DNA of 64,000 nucleotides from an uncultured Lachnoclostridium sp. GTDB taxonomy: Bacteria > Bacillota > Clostridia > Lachnospirales > Lachnospiraceae. Below are positions 36,357-45,196 of the stretch, in pieces. A program made the position numbers and the translations under genes. Each line of letters starts with the position of its first letter. The first letter of the stretch is position 1. Location: positions 4,168 to 68,167 of the forward strand of contig CAMKRZ010000006.1 of the NCBI GenBank assembly GCA_946415315.1, written 5' to 3'. The notes beneath the pieces are model-generated. The model was not told where the DNA came from. It made no database searches and saw only the letters and a list, made by a program, of their open reading frames with translations.

Positions 36357-37181
36357 TCACTTCAGCGGAACAACTGCGCCGTCGTACTTCTCCTCAATGA
36401 ATTTCTTCACGGCGTCGCTCTGCAGAACCTCCACGAGAACCTTGAGTGCCTCGTTGTCCTTCTTGCCGGGAACCGTCGCGATGATGTTGCCGTAGGTCTG
36501 TGCCGCAAGGCCGTCATTTGCCTCGACCGCCAGCGCCTGACTCACATGAAGTCCGCCCTCGATCGCGTAGTTGCCATTGATGACCGCGACGTCAACATCG
36601 GGAAGCGCTGCCACAAGCTGCTCCGGAGCAAGCTCCTTGAACTTGATATTCTTCGGATTGGAGGCGATGTCCTCAACCGTTGCGGTGATGCCCGCCCCCT
36701 CCTTCAGGGTGATGATCCCCTCCTGTGCAAGCAGGAGAAGTGCTCTTGCCTCGTTGGTCACATTGTTGGGAACAGCAATCAGTGCACCATCCGGAAGATC
36801 CTTTAAATCCTTGGTTCTACCAGCGTAGATTCCGAACGGTTCATAGTGGATCGCACCGATGGAAATGAGGTTGCTGCCATTTTCCTTGTTGAACTGCTCA
36901 AGGTAAGGAACATGCTGGAAATAGTTGGCGTCAAGGCTGCCCTCGATCACGCCCGTGTTCGGGGTGATGGAGTCTTCGAGCCGTACGATCTCAAGCGTGT
37001 AACCTTTCTCCTTGAGAATGGGCTTTACATACTCGAGGATCTCCGCGTGGGGAACAATGTTGGCGCCGACCTTGATGGTCTTGCTGTCCTTGCTGCCGTC
37101 ACCGGAGGCCTTCTTGCCGCATCCGGTGAATGCGAGAATGAAAATGAGTGTGAGTACTGTGATAATGATTTTCTTGTTCAT
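36357..37181 (-). CDS. metQ: Methionine ABC transporter substrate-binding lipoprotein (NlpA/MetQ family)
   Basis: Start chosen at ATG 37181; the track ORF extension to 37577 overlaps metI. The lipobox is LAFTGCGKK. It is the last gene after metN-metI. Confidence 0.88.
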   Translation of the reverse strand: MNKKIIITVLTLIFILAFTGCGKKASGDGSKDSKTIKVGANIVPHAEILEYVKPILKEKGYTLEIVRLEDSITPNTGVIEGSLDANYFQHVPYLEQFNKENGSNLISIGAIHYEPFGIYAGRTKDLKDLPDGALIAVPNNVTNEARALLLLAQEGIITLKEGAGITATVEDIASNPKNIKFKELAPEQLVAALPDVDVAVINGNYAIEGGLHVSQALAVEANDGLAAQTYGNIIATVPGKKDNEALKVLVEVLQSDAVKKFIEEKYDGAVVPLK

Positions 37182-37258
37182 GATGGTAATCTCCTTTATT
37201 CTTTGATTAGTTTTTCGTTGTTCCACGGTCGTTTTCTCCGACCTGTAATCCCGCCAGA

Positions 37259-37912
37259 TCAGGTCTTGCGCCGGATCTTTGCGAGTAGTCCTCCTGCTCC
37301 CTGGATCACCATGACCATGATGACCAGAAGGATCACCGTCGTCCAAAGGACGTCTTTCTGATATCGGTAGTAGCCGTACTGCAGCGCGATCGCGCCGAGA
37401 CCGCCGCCTCCGATCACACCTGCCATCGCGGAATAGCCGAGGACTGTGGCCACATTGATCGCCGCTCCCTGAAGAAGGGAAGGCGCCGCTTCCGGCAGGA
37501 TAAAGTGTAAAATGATGTGCAGCGGCGAGGCGCCCATCGACGTCGCCGCCTCTATGATCCCGGGCTGGACCTCGCACAGCGAAGCCTCCGCCATCCGCGC
37601 CACGATCGGGATTGCCCCGACTGTGAGCGGCACGATCGCTGCCGTCGTTCCGATGGACGAACCGGTCACAAAACGTGTGAATGGGATCAGTAACACGAGC
37701 AAAATGAGAAACGGCAGGGACCGCATGATGTCCGTGATCACGCCGATCACAATGTTGACCGGCCGGTTCTGCAGAAGTCTTCCCTTCGCCGTCGCATACA
37801 GGATCACGCCGAGCGGCAGTCCCACGATGTACGCGTACAGGGATGCGTATGCCGTCATTCGCAGCGTCTCCCAGACACCGTTTTTGATGGCTTCGATGAT
37901 GTAATCACTCAT
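37259..37912 (-). CDS. metI: Methionine ABC transporter permease
   Basis: 217 aa with five TM helices, MetI-like. There is an 8-nt overlap with metN. Confidence 0.88.
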   Translation of the reverse strand: MSDYIIEAIKNGVWETLRMTAYASLYAYIVGLPLGVILYATAKGRLLQNRPVNIVIGVITDIMRSLPFLILLVLLIPFTRFVTGSSIGTTAAIVPLTVGAIPIVARMAEASLCEVQPGIIEAATSMGASPLHIILHFILPEAAPSLLQGAAINVATVLGYSAMAGVIGGGGLGAIALQYGYYRYQKDVLWTTVILLVIMVMVIQGAGGLLAKIRRKT

Positions 37913-38957
37913 TGGCGTCCACCTCCGAAATCGACAATCCCTTGCTTTTGAAATACTCCGTCACAACTCTTCGGTCTTCCTCCGACTGCGGCAGTTCCAG
38001 AACCATCTGTCCGTATCCGACGCCGCCCACGCTCTTGGTGTTTGCGCTCAGGATGTTGACCTTCCTTCCTGTCGTAGCCACGAGGTCCGCGATGAACGGT
38101 TCCTTCGCCGATAATCCGTCAAATGCGATCCGGATCAGCCTGCTGTTCTCGTCCGACGGATCGTACGGGTTGCTCGGAAACACCAGTTTCTTCGCCGCCC
38201 GTGACTTTGGTGCCCGGAACACCTCCTTCACGTCACCGACCTCGGCGAGATCGCCGTCGTCGATGATCGCCACACGGTCGCATATGCGTTCCACCACGGA
38301 CATCTCGTGCGTGATGATCACGATGGTCAGCTTCTGTTCCCGATTGATCTTCTGGAGAAGTTCCAGAATCTCGCCCGTGATCTTCGGGTCAAGCGCGCTT
38401 GTCGCCTCGTCGCAGAGCAGAACCTTCGGGTTAGCCGCGAGCGCTCTCGCGATCGCCACTCTCTGCCGCTGTCCGCCGGACAATCTTGCCGGGTACTCCC
38501 TCTCCTTCTCGGAGAGCCCAACGACCTCCAGCATTTTCCGCGCGATCTCCTTTCGCTCCCTGCGCCCTACGCCGGCGATGCGGAGCGGTTGCTCCACGTT
38601 TTTGATCACCGTGCGCTGCTGCAGGAGGTTGAAACCCTGGAATATCATCGCAATCGAGCGACGCACCTTTCGAAGTTCCCTCGCCTTCAGTTCGGCGAGG
38701 TCTCTTCCGAAATATCTGACGCTTCCCGACGTGACTTCCGTCAACCGGTTTAATGTGCGCACCAGTGTGGATTTTCCGGCGCCGCTCATTCCGATGATTC
38801 CAAAGATCTCTCCCTCGCGGATCGTGAAGCTCACATCGCGAAGTGCGGTAAAATCCTTACCTTCGTTTCGGTACGTCTTGGAGACCCGGTCCAGTTCAAA
38901 CACGGTGTCCGACCCGTCATTCGCTATGAAGTTATCCGTTTCATCCACCGTTCCCAT
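37905..38957 (-). CDS. metN: Methionine ABC transporter ATP-binding protein (with C-terminal NIL domain)
   Basis: 350 aa. Walker A is GMSGAGKST, the ABC signature is LSGGQRQRVAIARAL, and Walker B is LLCDEATSALD. A C-terminal ~90-aa regulatory domain is present. Confidence 0.92.
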   Translation of the reverse strand: MGTVDETDNFIANDGSDTVFELDRVSKTYRNEGKDFTALRDVSFTIREGEIFGIIGMSGAGKSTLVRTLNRLTEVTSGSVRYFGRDLAELKARELRKVRRSIAMIFQGFNLLQQRTVIKNVEQPLRIAGVGRRERKEIARKMLEVVGLSEKEREYPARLSGGQRQRVAIARALAANPKVLLCDEATSALDPKITGEILELLQKINREQKLTIVIITHEMSVVERICDRVAIIDDGDLAEVGDVKEVFRAPKSRAAKKLVFPSNPYDPSDENSRLIRIAFDGLSAKEPFIADLVATTGRKVNILSANTKSVGGVGYGQMVLELPQSEEDRRVVTEYFKSKGLSISEVDANE

Positions 38958-38972
38958 TATGTTCCGTGCCTC

Positions 38973-39884
38973 TCAATCGTATAATCCTTTGCTGATATAT
39001 CGGTCGCCGCGGTCCGGGAAGACAGTGACGATGCTGCCGTGATCGATCCGCGCGGCCAGCTTTAGTGCTGCCGTGAGCGCCGCTCCCGACGAGGAACCGG
39101 CCAGGACGCCTTCCCTGCGCGCCAGTTCCTTCACGGTGGCAAATGCCTCCGCGTCCGTCACTTTGATCACCTCGTCGACCAGTGACATGTCCATTGTTTT
39201 GGCAATGAAGTCGTTGCCGATACCTTCGATGTCGTAGTCCGCGTGTTCGCCTCCGCCGATCGTCGAACCGACCGGATCGGCAAGCACTCCCCTTACGGAA
39301 GGTTTCTGTTCTTTCAGGTAGCGGGTGATCCCGCTGAATGTTCCGCCGCTGCCGGCGCCTGCCACAAAGTAATCGACATCACCTTCGAGCTGTCTCCAGA
39401 TCTCCGGCCCCGTGGTCTCGTAGTGCGCCTGCGGGTTAGCCGGGTTGTCGAACTGCTTTAAGGAGATCGCTCCGGGAATGGTTGCGAGAATTTTCTCCGC
39501 TTCCCGCTCCGCCCCGAGCATTCCGAACTCTCGCGGGGTGTTGACGATCTCCGCGCCGAGCGCGCGGAGAACCTTCTGCTTCTCCTGGGAGAATTTGTCG
39601 GGAACCGTGAAGATCACCCGATATCCCTGGTTGAGCGCTGCGATCGCAATGCCGATGCCGGTGTTGCCCGCCGTTGCATCCACGATCGTGCTCCCCTCCT
39701 TAAGAAGCCCTCGCCGCTTCGCGTCATCGATCATATACATGCCTACGCGGTCCTTGACGCTTCCGGCCGGGTTGGCAAGCTCCAGTTTTGCGTACAACCG
39801 AACATCTTTCTTCGTTTCAAACCGCTGCAGTCGAAGGAGCGGAGTGTTTCCGATCATACTGCGGATGTCCATATAAACATCCAT
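38973..39884 (-). CDS. Cysteine synthase-family PLP enzyme (CysK / MccA-type O-acetylserine-dependent cystathionine beta-synthase)
   Basis: It has NPAGSVKDR (PLP lysine) and TAGNTGIGIA. The ATG at 39884 shares one base with the TGA of the upstream gene. Confidence 0.88.
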   Translation of the reverse strand: MDVYMDIRSMIGNTPLLRLQRFETKKDVRLYAKLELANPAGSVKDRVGMYMIDDAKRRGLLKEGSTIVDATAGNTGIGIAIAALNQGYRVIFTVPDKFSQEKQKVLRALGAEIVNTPREFGMLGAEREAEKILATIPGAISLKQFDNPANPQAHYETTGPEIWRQLEGDVDYFVAGAGSGGTFSGITRYLKEQKPSVRGVLADPVGSTIGGGEHADYDIEGIGNDFIAKTMDMSLVDEVIKVTDAEAFATVKELARREGVLAGSSSGAALTAALKLAARIDHGSIVTVFPDRGDRYISKGLYD

Positions 39885-41053
39885 CACCGATCACCCCCTT
39901 TTTCGATCCTTGCAGCCTCGATTGCCTGCTGCAGGTCTTCGATCAGATCGTTCACATCCTCGATACCGACGGAGAAGCGAATGAGCTCATCCACGATACC
40001 GGTCTTCTGCCGAATGTCAGCAGGGATGGAAGCATGCGTCATACTTGCCGGATGGCACACGAGCGACTCAACGCCGCCGAGGCTCTCCGCAAGGGTGATC
40101 AGTTTGAGGTTCCGGAAGAACGCCCGGTAATCGAACTCCTCCTTAAGCACGAAGGAGATCATCGCGCCCGGCCCGTCCGCCTGTTTCTTCTGTACGGCGT
40201 AACCCGGATCCGAAACAAGTCCCGGAAAATAAACCTTCTTCACGTAACCGCTCTCCGTGAGCCACTCCGCGATGCGCTGCGCGTTCGCCACATGACGATC
40301 CATGCGGACGCCGAGCGTCTTGATACCGCGGATGACCAGGAAACTGTCGAACGGGGAGAGAACTCCGCCGATCGCATTTTGCAGAAAATACAATCGCTCC
40401 GCCAGCTTCGGATCGTTGAGGGCCACAAGCCCCGAGATCGTATCGCTGTGTCCTCCGAGGTACTTCGTACCGCTGTGAAGGACGATGTCCGCTCCGAGCA
40501 ATAACGGTCGTTGCAGGTAAGGCGTAAGGAATGTATTATCAACGATCAGGAGGACGTTGGCCTTCCTTGCGATCTCTGCGACCGCCGCAATGTCCGTCAC
40601 GCTCAGGAGCGGATTTGCAGGAGTCTCAATGTAGATAGCCTTCGTATTTTCATCGACCGCCGCCGCGACTTTTGCGGCATCGGCCGTATCCACGATCTCA
40701 TACCGGAGCCCGAGCGGTTTGAACACCTTGTCGAGGATCCGGAACGTGCCGCCGTAAATGTTGTCAGACACGATCAGCTTGTCACCTGCCGTGAACAGCG
40801 AGAGCACCGTATGGATCGCCGCAAGACCCGAGGCAAATGCGAGTCCGTACGCGCCGCCCTCCAGGTCTGCGATCAGTTTCTCGAGCGCCGCTCTCGTCGG
40901 GTTGCCGGTGCGGGAGTATTCCCAGCCGGTGTTGACGCCGAGCTCGCTCTGCTTGTAAGTTGATGTTTGATAGATCGGAACGTTGACCGCTCCGGTTGTT
41001 TTGTCTCCGTCGATCCCGCCGTGGATCAGCAGGGAATTCAATGCGTAACTCAT
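39884..41053 (-). CDS. Cys/Met-metabolism PLP-dependent lyase (cystathionine gamma-lyase/beta-lyase, MccB/MetC-like)
   Basis: 389 aa with the HSGTKYLGGHSD PLP-lysine motif. It is the first gene after the leader. Confidence 0.9.
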   Translation of the reverse strand: MSYALNSLLIHGGIDGDKTTGAVNVPIYQTSTYKQSELGVNTGWEYSRTGNPTRAALEKLIADLEGGAYGLAFASGLAAIHTVLSLFTAGDKLIVSDNIYGGTFRILDKVFKPLGLRYEIVDTADAAKVAAAVDENTKAIYIETPANPLLSVTDIAAVAEIARKANVLLIVDNTFLTPYLQRPLLLGADIVLHSGTKYLGGHSDTISGLVALNDPKLAERLYFLQNAIGGVLSPFDSFLVIRGIKTLGVRMDRHVANAQRIAEWLTESGYVKKVYFPGLVSDPGYAVQKKQADGPGAMISFVLKEEFDYRAFFRNLKLITLAESLGGVESLVCHPASMTHASIPADIRQKTGIVDELIRFSVGIEDVNDLIEDLQQAIEAARIEKGGDR

Positions 41054-41107
41054 TGTTTGATAACCTCGTTTTCTGATGTGTTGTCGGCAACCTCGCGAGC
41101 TAAGCGC

Positions 41108-41139
41108 AAATTAAAAGGAGCCTTCAAACTGAAAGCTCC
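41108..41139 (-). terminator. Intrinsic terminator inside the mccB-operon leader (attenuator)
   Basis: Minus strand GGAGCUUUC-aguuu-GAAGGCUCC followed by UUUUAAUUU. It lies 55 nt upstream of the mccB-like ATG. Confidence 0.75.
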
Positions 41140-41170
41140 CGAGCATACGGCATTATCGCATTATCGTCCC

Positions 41171-41311
41171 TTATCTACAACATCGACGGTGATCACGATC
41201 GAGGCGCAACGAAAAGCAGTCGAACGCCCCAGCCATAGGTAATGCCCGGGATAGTTTCAGCATTCGACAACAACACATTACTGTAAGATTGTAGTTAGCA
41301 ACGCTCTTCAT
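41171..41311 (-). CDS. Putative Cys-rich leader peptide (46 aa)
   Basis: GAAAGGAG, 9 nt, ATG 41311. Hand translation gives MKSVANYNLTVMCCCRMLKLSRALPMAGAFDCFSLRLDRDHRRCCR, stop TAA 41173..41171. It is below the ORF-track size cutoff. Confidence 0.5.
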   Translation of the reverse strand: MKSVANYNLTVMCCCRMLKLSRALPMAGAFDCFSLRLDRDHRRCCR

Positions 41312-41341
41312 CTTGGTGCGCTCCTTTCGTGTGATGGCGCT

Positions 41342-41370
41342 ATGTTAACACCATCAACCTACTATGTCAA
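41342..41370 (-). promoter_or_regulatory. Promoter of the leader/mccB-mccA-metNIQ operon
   Basis: Minus strand TTGACA (41370..41365), 17 nt, TAACAT (41347..41342). The -35 is embedded in CCTATTGACATAGTAGG, which contains the AATAGG half-site of the Rrf2-associated palindrome. Confidence 0.7.
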
Positions 41371-41421
41371 TAGGCAATTTGAAAATTTATTTATCTTTTT
41401 CGTCCCCCTGTCCCTCCGGTA

Positions 41422-42486
41422 TCACAGCAGCCCGCACTCAGGGAACAACCGGTGCGGGTCAACCTTCGCGTATTCCTGCCCGCTCCGCGGGAATGTGATC
41501 TCATACAATACCGTGTCAAAATGGATGTTCTTGGATTCCTCCAGCAACGCCGCGGCGCAGTGCTCCTTCGGCAGTCCGATCACGAAGATCCCGTAACGCT
41601 CGCAGATCTTCTTTGTGATCTCCTGCAGGAAGACGCGGTAATACTCCTCGCGGTCATCCCTGCACAGGAAGAAGGAAAGCATCGGAAAATCAAGCGGCGC
41701 ATCCTCCTTCGGCAGCCGGATGTAACGAAGCGCCGACAGAAGAGGATTGGCGATGCGCGCAAGCCGCATGAGACCGCGGTACCGTTTTACGACATACTGT
41801 TTGTACGGCGTCTGGTTCCAGAGCGCTGCGGTCGCAACGATCTCCTCCCCGTCGAGCAACAACCAGAAGTCACGGCAGTTCAGGTTGTAAAACTGCTCAA
41901 GCGAGCGCACCACCGGAAACAGGTCCTTCCTGCTTCCCTCCCGGTTCAGAAAACCGATCAGCGCGGGCACATCTGCCTCCTCCGCCGGCCGAAACGTCAG
42001 GGAGTGTTTCGGCGCCCTGATCTTCACCTTCGGATTGAAAATGTATGTCCGGTATTCGGCCATCGGCTTCATCGAGATGCTACGCCGCTCTCTCCCGAAC
42101 AGCTTCTTCGCCTCCTCGTTGTCCGTCACGACCGAACAATAGTAGTAATCGATATCATCCCTCTGCAGGCCGTGCATAAACGTGGCGAAATACCCCATGC
42201 CGCCCTCGAGCGCGGCATCCTTCTTCAGCCCGCACAGGTATGCGGCGCGGCGCGCCTCCCCACCGATGTACACCTCGCGGATCAGCTCCGCGCATGTCCC
42301 GATGACGCGGCCTCCGCTGCGCGTCACGAACACGCGGGATTCACCCGGCTCGCGCATATACGACTCGTAGGCATCGGGGCGCCTCGTGTACAGAAGCTCC
42401 ATGCTCCCCTTGGCGGCCGAACTCTCCAGTATGCGCAATATCTCCCGCCCGTCCTCCGGCGTTGCCAGATAGTTTGCTTCCCTCAT
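41422..42486 (-). CDS. Two-lobed GNAT-like (acyl-CoA N-acyltransferase fold?) protein, function unknown
   Basis: 354 aa. The ATGA start/stop overlap with the preceding radical SAM gene suggests translational coupling. Two ~150-aa halves each have GNAT-like beta-alpha patterns (VIGTCAELI...; EIVATAALWNQ...). The assignment is tentative. Confidence 0.5.
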   Translation of the reverse strand: MREANYLATPEDGREILRILESSAAKGSMELLYTRRPDAYESYMREPGESRVFVTRSGGRVIGTCAELIREVYIGGEARRAAYLCGLKKDAALEGGMGYFATFMHGLQRDDIDYYYCSVVTDNEEAKKLFGRERRSISMKPMAEYRTYIFNPKVKIRAPKHSLTFRPAEEADVPALIGFLNREGSRKDLFPVVRSLEQFYNLNCRDFWLLLDGEEIVATAALWNQTPYKQYVVKRYRGLMRLARIANPLLSALRYIRLPKEDAPLDFPMLSFFLCRDDREEYYRVFLQEITKKICERYGIFVIGLPKEHCAAALLEESKNIHFDTVLYEITFPRSGQEYAKVDPHRLFPECGLL

Positions 42487-43823
42487 TTCTTCGATTCCTC
42501 AAGATTTTCCCCGATCGGGATCCCGGAGCGCTTGTCCACCTCAAAATGGAACAGGATATTGATGAACCAGTACGCGAAGTTGATCCGCAGCCCGCGGGCG
42601 CGGCGAAGCATGGTCCATCCTCTTCGGAAAATGGATCCGAACCGGAAGAATTCCTTCTTGTATTTCTTGCATAAATCCCGGAGCTGCTCGGGCGTCAGCT
42701 GCTTCGGCGTGAACGTGATCGTGCCGAACGTGTAGCCGCTCTGCAGCCACCACTGCTCGGAGATCAGGCGATTTTCCGCTTTGAACGACTCGTACGTTTT
42801 GGTGTTCGGGAAGATCAGCAGGTGGTTGAACGCGATGACGAAGAAACGGTGGCGCTTGCAGAACGCGAGCGTCTCCTTGAAGGTATCCTCGTTGTCCTGG
42901 TCAAAGCCGAACACGAAGCTCGCATAGATGCTGATGCCGGCCTTGTGGATGCGCTCGATCAGCTCGTCACGCTCGCCGAGGCGTTCCGTCCAGCCCTTGT
43001 TCATCTGCTTGAGGTTGTCGCTCTTGATGGACTCAAAGCCGATCAGCACCATCTCGCAGCCGCTCTTCTTCATCAGCCGGAGCATCTCCTCGTCGCGCGC
43101 GATGTCAAGCGTGATCTGTGTCGTCCAGATGATCTTGATTTTCCGAAGTTCCTCGAACAGCTCCTTCGCAAACACCTTGTTGGAAAAGATACTGTCATCC
43201 ACGAAGAAGAACAGCTTGTGTTTGCATGTCTTGATCTCCGCGATAATGTCGGCGACTTCCCGGTGAATGTAGTGGGAATGGTAGTATCCGGCGATGGAGC
43301 AGAACTCGCAGTTGTGGTAGCAGCCGCGCCCCGTCTCCACCAGAGACACCGGAAGATACTTCTTCCGCTTATCCTCGTAAATGCTTCTGTCCGGCATCCG
43401 GTAAGCGATGCAGGCACCGCCGTCGTACCTCGGTTTCAACTCGCCGTTCTCGATGTCTGAAAGAACGTCGGACAGGATGCGGTCGGCATTTCCGACCATC
43501 ACGGCGTCCGCATACTGCATCGCCTCATTGGGACACAGCGTGACGTGATACCCTCCCAGCACGACTTTCTTCCCGCGCTTGCGGAACTCGCCCGCGATGA
43601 AGTACGCCCGCTTGGCAGTGTACGTCTCCACGGTGATCATGACGATGTCCGTCTCGGTGTCGTAGTTGATATTTTCGATCCGGTCATCGAAAAATTCTCT
43701 CTCGTAATCGGCGGGAACCATGGAATTCAGAACCGCGATCGTCAACGGCTCCATCAGCCAGCTCTTGAGATATTTCTCGCCCGGTTTCTTTCCGATGGCA
43801 GGCAGTATAAACGTGATCTTCAT
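42483..43823 (-). CDS. B12-binding-domain radical SAM protein (paralogue 3)
   Basis: Start chosen at ATG 43823 (AAAGGAG upstream), giving MKITFILPAIG... It has a Rossmann/B12-like N-domain (DIVMITVETYTAKRAY, GGYHVTL) and the cluster motif GRGCYHNCEFCSI. Confidence 0.88.
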   Translation of the reverse strand: MKITFILPAIGKKPGEKYLKSWLMEPLTIAVLNSMVPADYEREFFDDRIENINYDTETDIVMITVETYTAKRAYFIAGEFRKRGKKVVLGGYHVTLCPNEAMQYADAVMVGNADRILSDVLSDIENGELKPRYDGGACIAYRMPDRSIYEDKRKKYLPVSLVETGRGCYHNCEFCSIAGYYHSHYIHREVADIIAEIKTCKHKLFFFVDDSIFSNKVFAKELFEELRKIKIIWTTQITLDIARDEEMLRLMKKSGCEMVLIGFESIKSDNLKQMNKGWTERLGERDELIERIHKAGISIYASFVFGFDQDNEDTFKETLAFCKRHRFFVIAFNHLLIFPNTKTYESFKAENRLISEQWWLQSGYTFGTITFTPKQLTPEQLRDLCKKYKKEFFRFGSIFRRGWTMLRRARGLRINFAYWFINILFHFEVDKRSGIPIGENLEESKK

Positions 43824-43891
43824 CGCTGCTCCTTTCGTGTCCCGTACAGTTTGTATAAAGCGTATCCCTGCGACAACGCGAGGTTCCGCGG

Positions 43892-45196
43892 TCAATGCTT
43901 TGCAAGTGTCTTCGCAACTTTTTTGTTGTACATGCGGAAGCCGATATTGACGGCAAATTTGATCAGCCCGCCGTATTTATTCCGAAGAGCTCTCCTTCGG
44001 ATCCTCTTGAAGGTGTAGCATTCGTTGGAGACCTCCACCAGCATCTCCTCCAGCTCCTGCGCCGTACAATTCTTCGGCTGAAAAGTCGCGTGGATGCTGT
44101 CATAGTCGTTCCAGTCGCGGGAGAGGATGCGTCCCTCCGCGTCCAGCCGCTCGAACGTCGGCGTGTTCGGGTACGGCGTGAGGATCGCGAAGCGAGGGAT
44201 ATCCACACCGATCTCCTCGATGTAGTCGGGCATTTTCCGAATGGACTCCCTCGTGTCCCCGTCAAACCCGATCATGAAGGTCCCGAGGATCGTGACGCCG
44301 CTTTGGTGGAACTTCTCCACCACAGCCTTGTACTGCTCGACCTTGTTGCGCTTGTTGCTCTCCTTAAGGCTCTCCTCGCTGAACGTCTCAAAGCCCATCA
44401 GGATGCCGATACAGCCGCTTCGGATCATCAGGTCAAACAGTTCCTCGTCCCGGTAAATGTCCGTCGTGCACAGCCCTGCCCACTTGATCTTAAGCGGGAT
44501 CAGCGCCTCGTAAAATGCTTTCGCGTACACGCGGTTGGAGGTCGGTGAGGGATCGAGGAACAGGATCCTCTTCTTGCCGAGCGAGCGGATCTCGTCGATG
44601 ACATCCTCCACCTTCCGCGCCGTGTGGCGTCCGCCCCAGAACGAGTTGATCACGCAGAACTCGCATTTGTTCGTGCAGCCGAAATTCGCGATGACCGTCG
44701 GCACGCCGATGTACTTGCGCTTCGCCATCAAGTCCCGCCTGGGGATCACATTCACCGTGCCGATATCGCACGGCTGTCCGTCGTACCGTTTCTTCGGCGC
44801 CCCGCTCGCAAAGTCCGCGATAAACTCGCGCCAGACCCGGTCTGCCGGGCCGGTCAGCACCGTGTCGGCGTGCTGCGCCGCCTCGTCCGGCAGCAGCGTC
44901 ACGTGGTGCCCGCCCATGACGATGTAACTGCCCTTGCGCCGGAACAGTTCCGCGAGCTCGTACCCACGCTTCACCGAAGACGTCACTGCCGTGATCGCCA
45001 CGATATCGTAGGCATCCATTTTCTCATAGTTGACCTTCTGAACGCCCTCATCGACCGCGCGGAACTCCGCGTGGTACTCCTCCGGCGTCAGAGCCGCGAG
45101 GTACGGCATCGTGAGCGGCATGTAACTGAGCGATTTCGAGAAGGCGCTCCGATACCGGTAGTTGTTATCGTACGGCGTCAGAAACAGAATTTTCAT
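43892..45196 (-). CDS. B12-binding-domain radical SAM protein (paralogue 2)
   Basis: 434 aa starting MKILFLTPYD..., with DIVAITAVTSSVKRGY, GGHHVTL and the cluster motif NFGCTNKCEFCVI. GGAGG lies upstream. The start overlaps paralogue 1 by 32 nt. Confidence 0.9.
   Translation of the reverse strand: MKILFLTPYDNNYRYRSAFSKSLSYMPLTMPYLAALTPEEYHAEFRAVDEGVQKVNYEKMDAYDIVAITAVTSSVKRGYELAELFRRKGSYIVMGGHHVTLLPDEAAQHADTVLTGPADRVWREFIADFASGAPKKRYDGQPCDIGTVNVIPRRDLMAKRKYIGVPTVIANFGCTNKCEFCVINSFWGGRHTARKVEDVIDEIRSLGKKRILFLDPSPTSNRVYAKAFYEALIPLKIKWAGLCTTDIYRDEELFDLMIRSGCIGILMGFETFSEESLKESNKRNKVEQYKAVVEKFHQSGVTILGTFMIGFDGDTRESIRKMPDYIEEIGVDIPRFAILTPYPNTPTFERLDAEGRILSRDWNDYDSIHATFQPKNCTAQELEEMLVEVSNECYTFKRIRRRALRNKYGGLIKFAVNIGFRMYNKKVAKTLAKH

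Noticed and set aside
36357-37577. Long N-terminal extension of the metQ ORF (406 aa), and similar extensions on the purF, pyrG, asnB, amt, rsmJ and korC-type ORFs
   Set aside because: The extensions overlap upstream genes or leaders, lack an RBS and are Arg-rich. Internal ATGs with good Shine-Dalgarno sequences start the conserved N-termini (lipobox, [14 protein letters not shown] and so on).
41054-41341. S-box (SAM-I) or T-box riboswitch in the mccB-operon leader
   Set aside because: I searched by eye for CUUAUCAAGAG...GAGGGA...GGUGCUAA (S-box) and for AGAGA / GGUGGUACCGCG (T-box) elements on the minus strand and found none. The leader-peptide model fits better, but a covariance-model scan is still needed.
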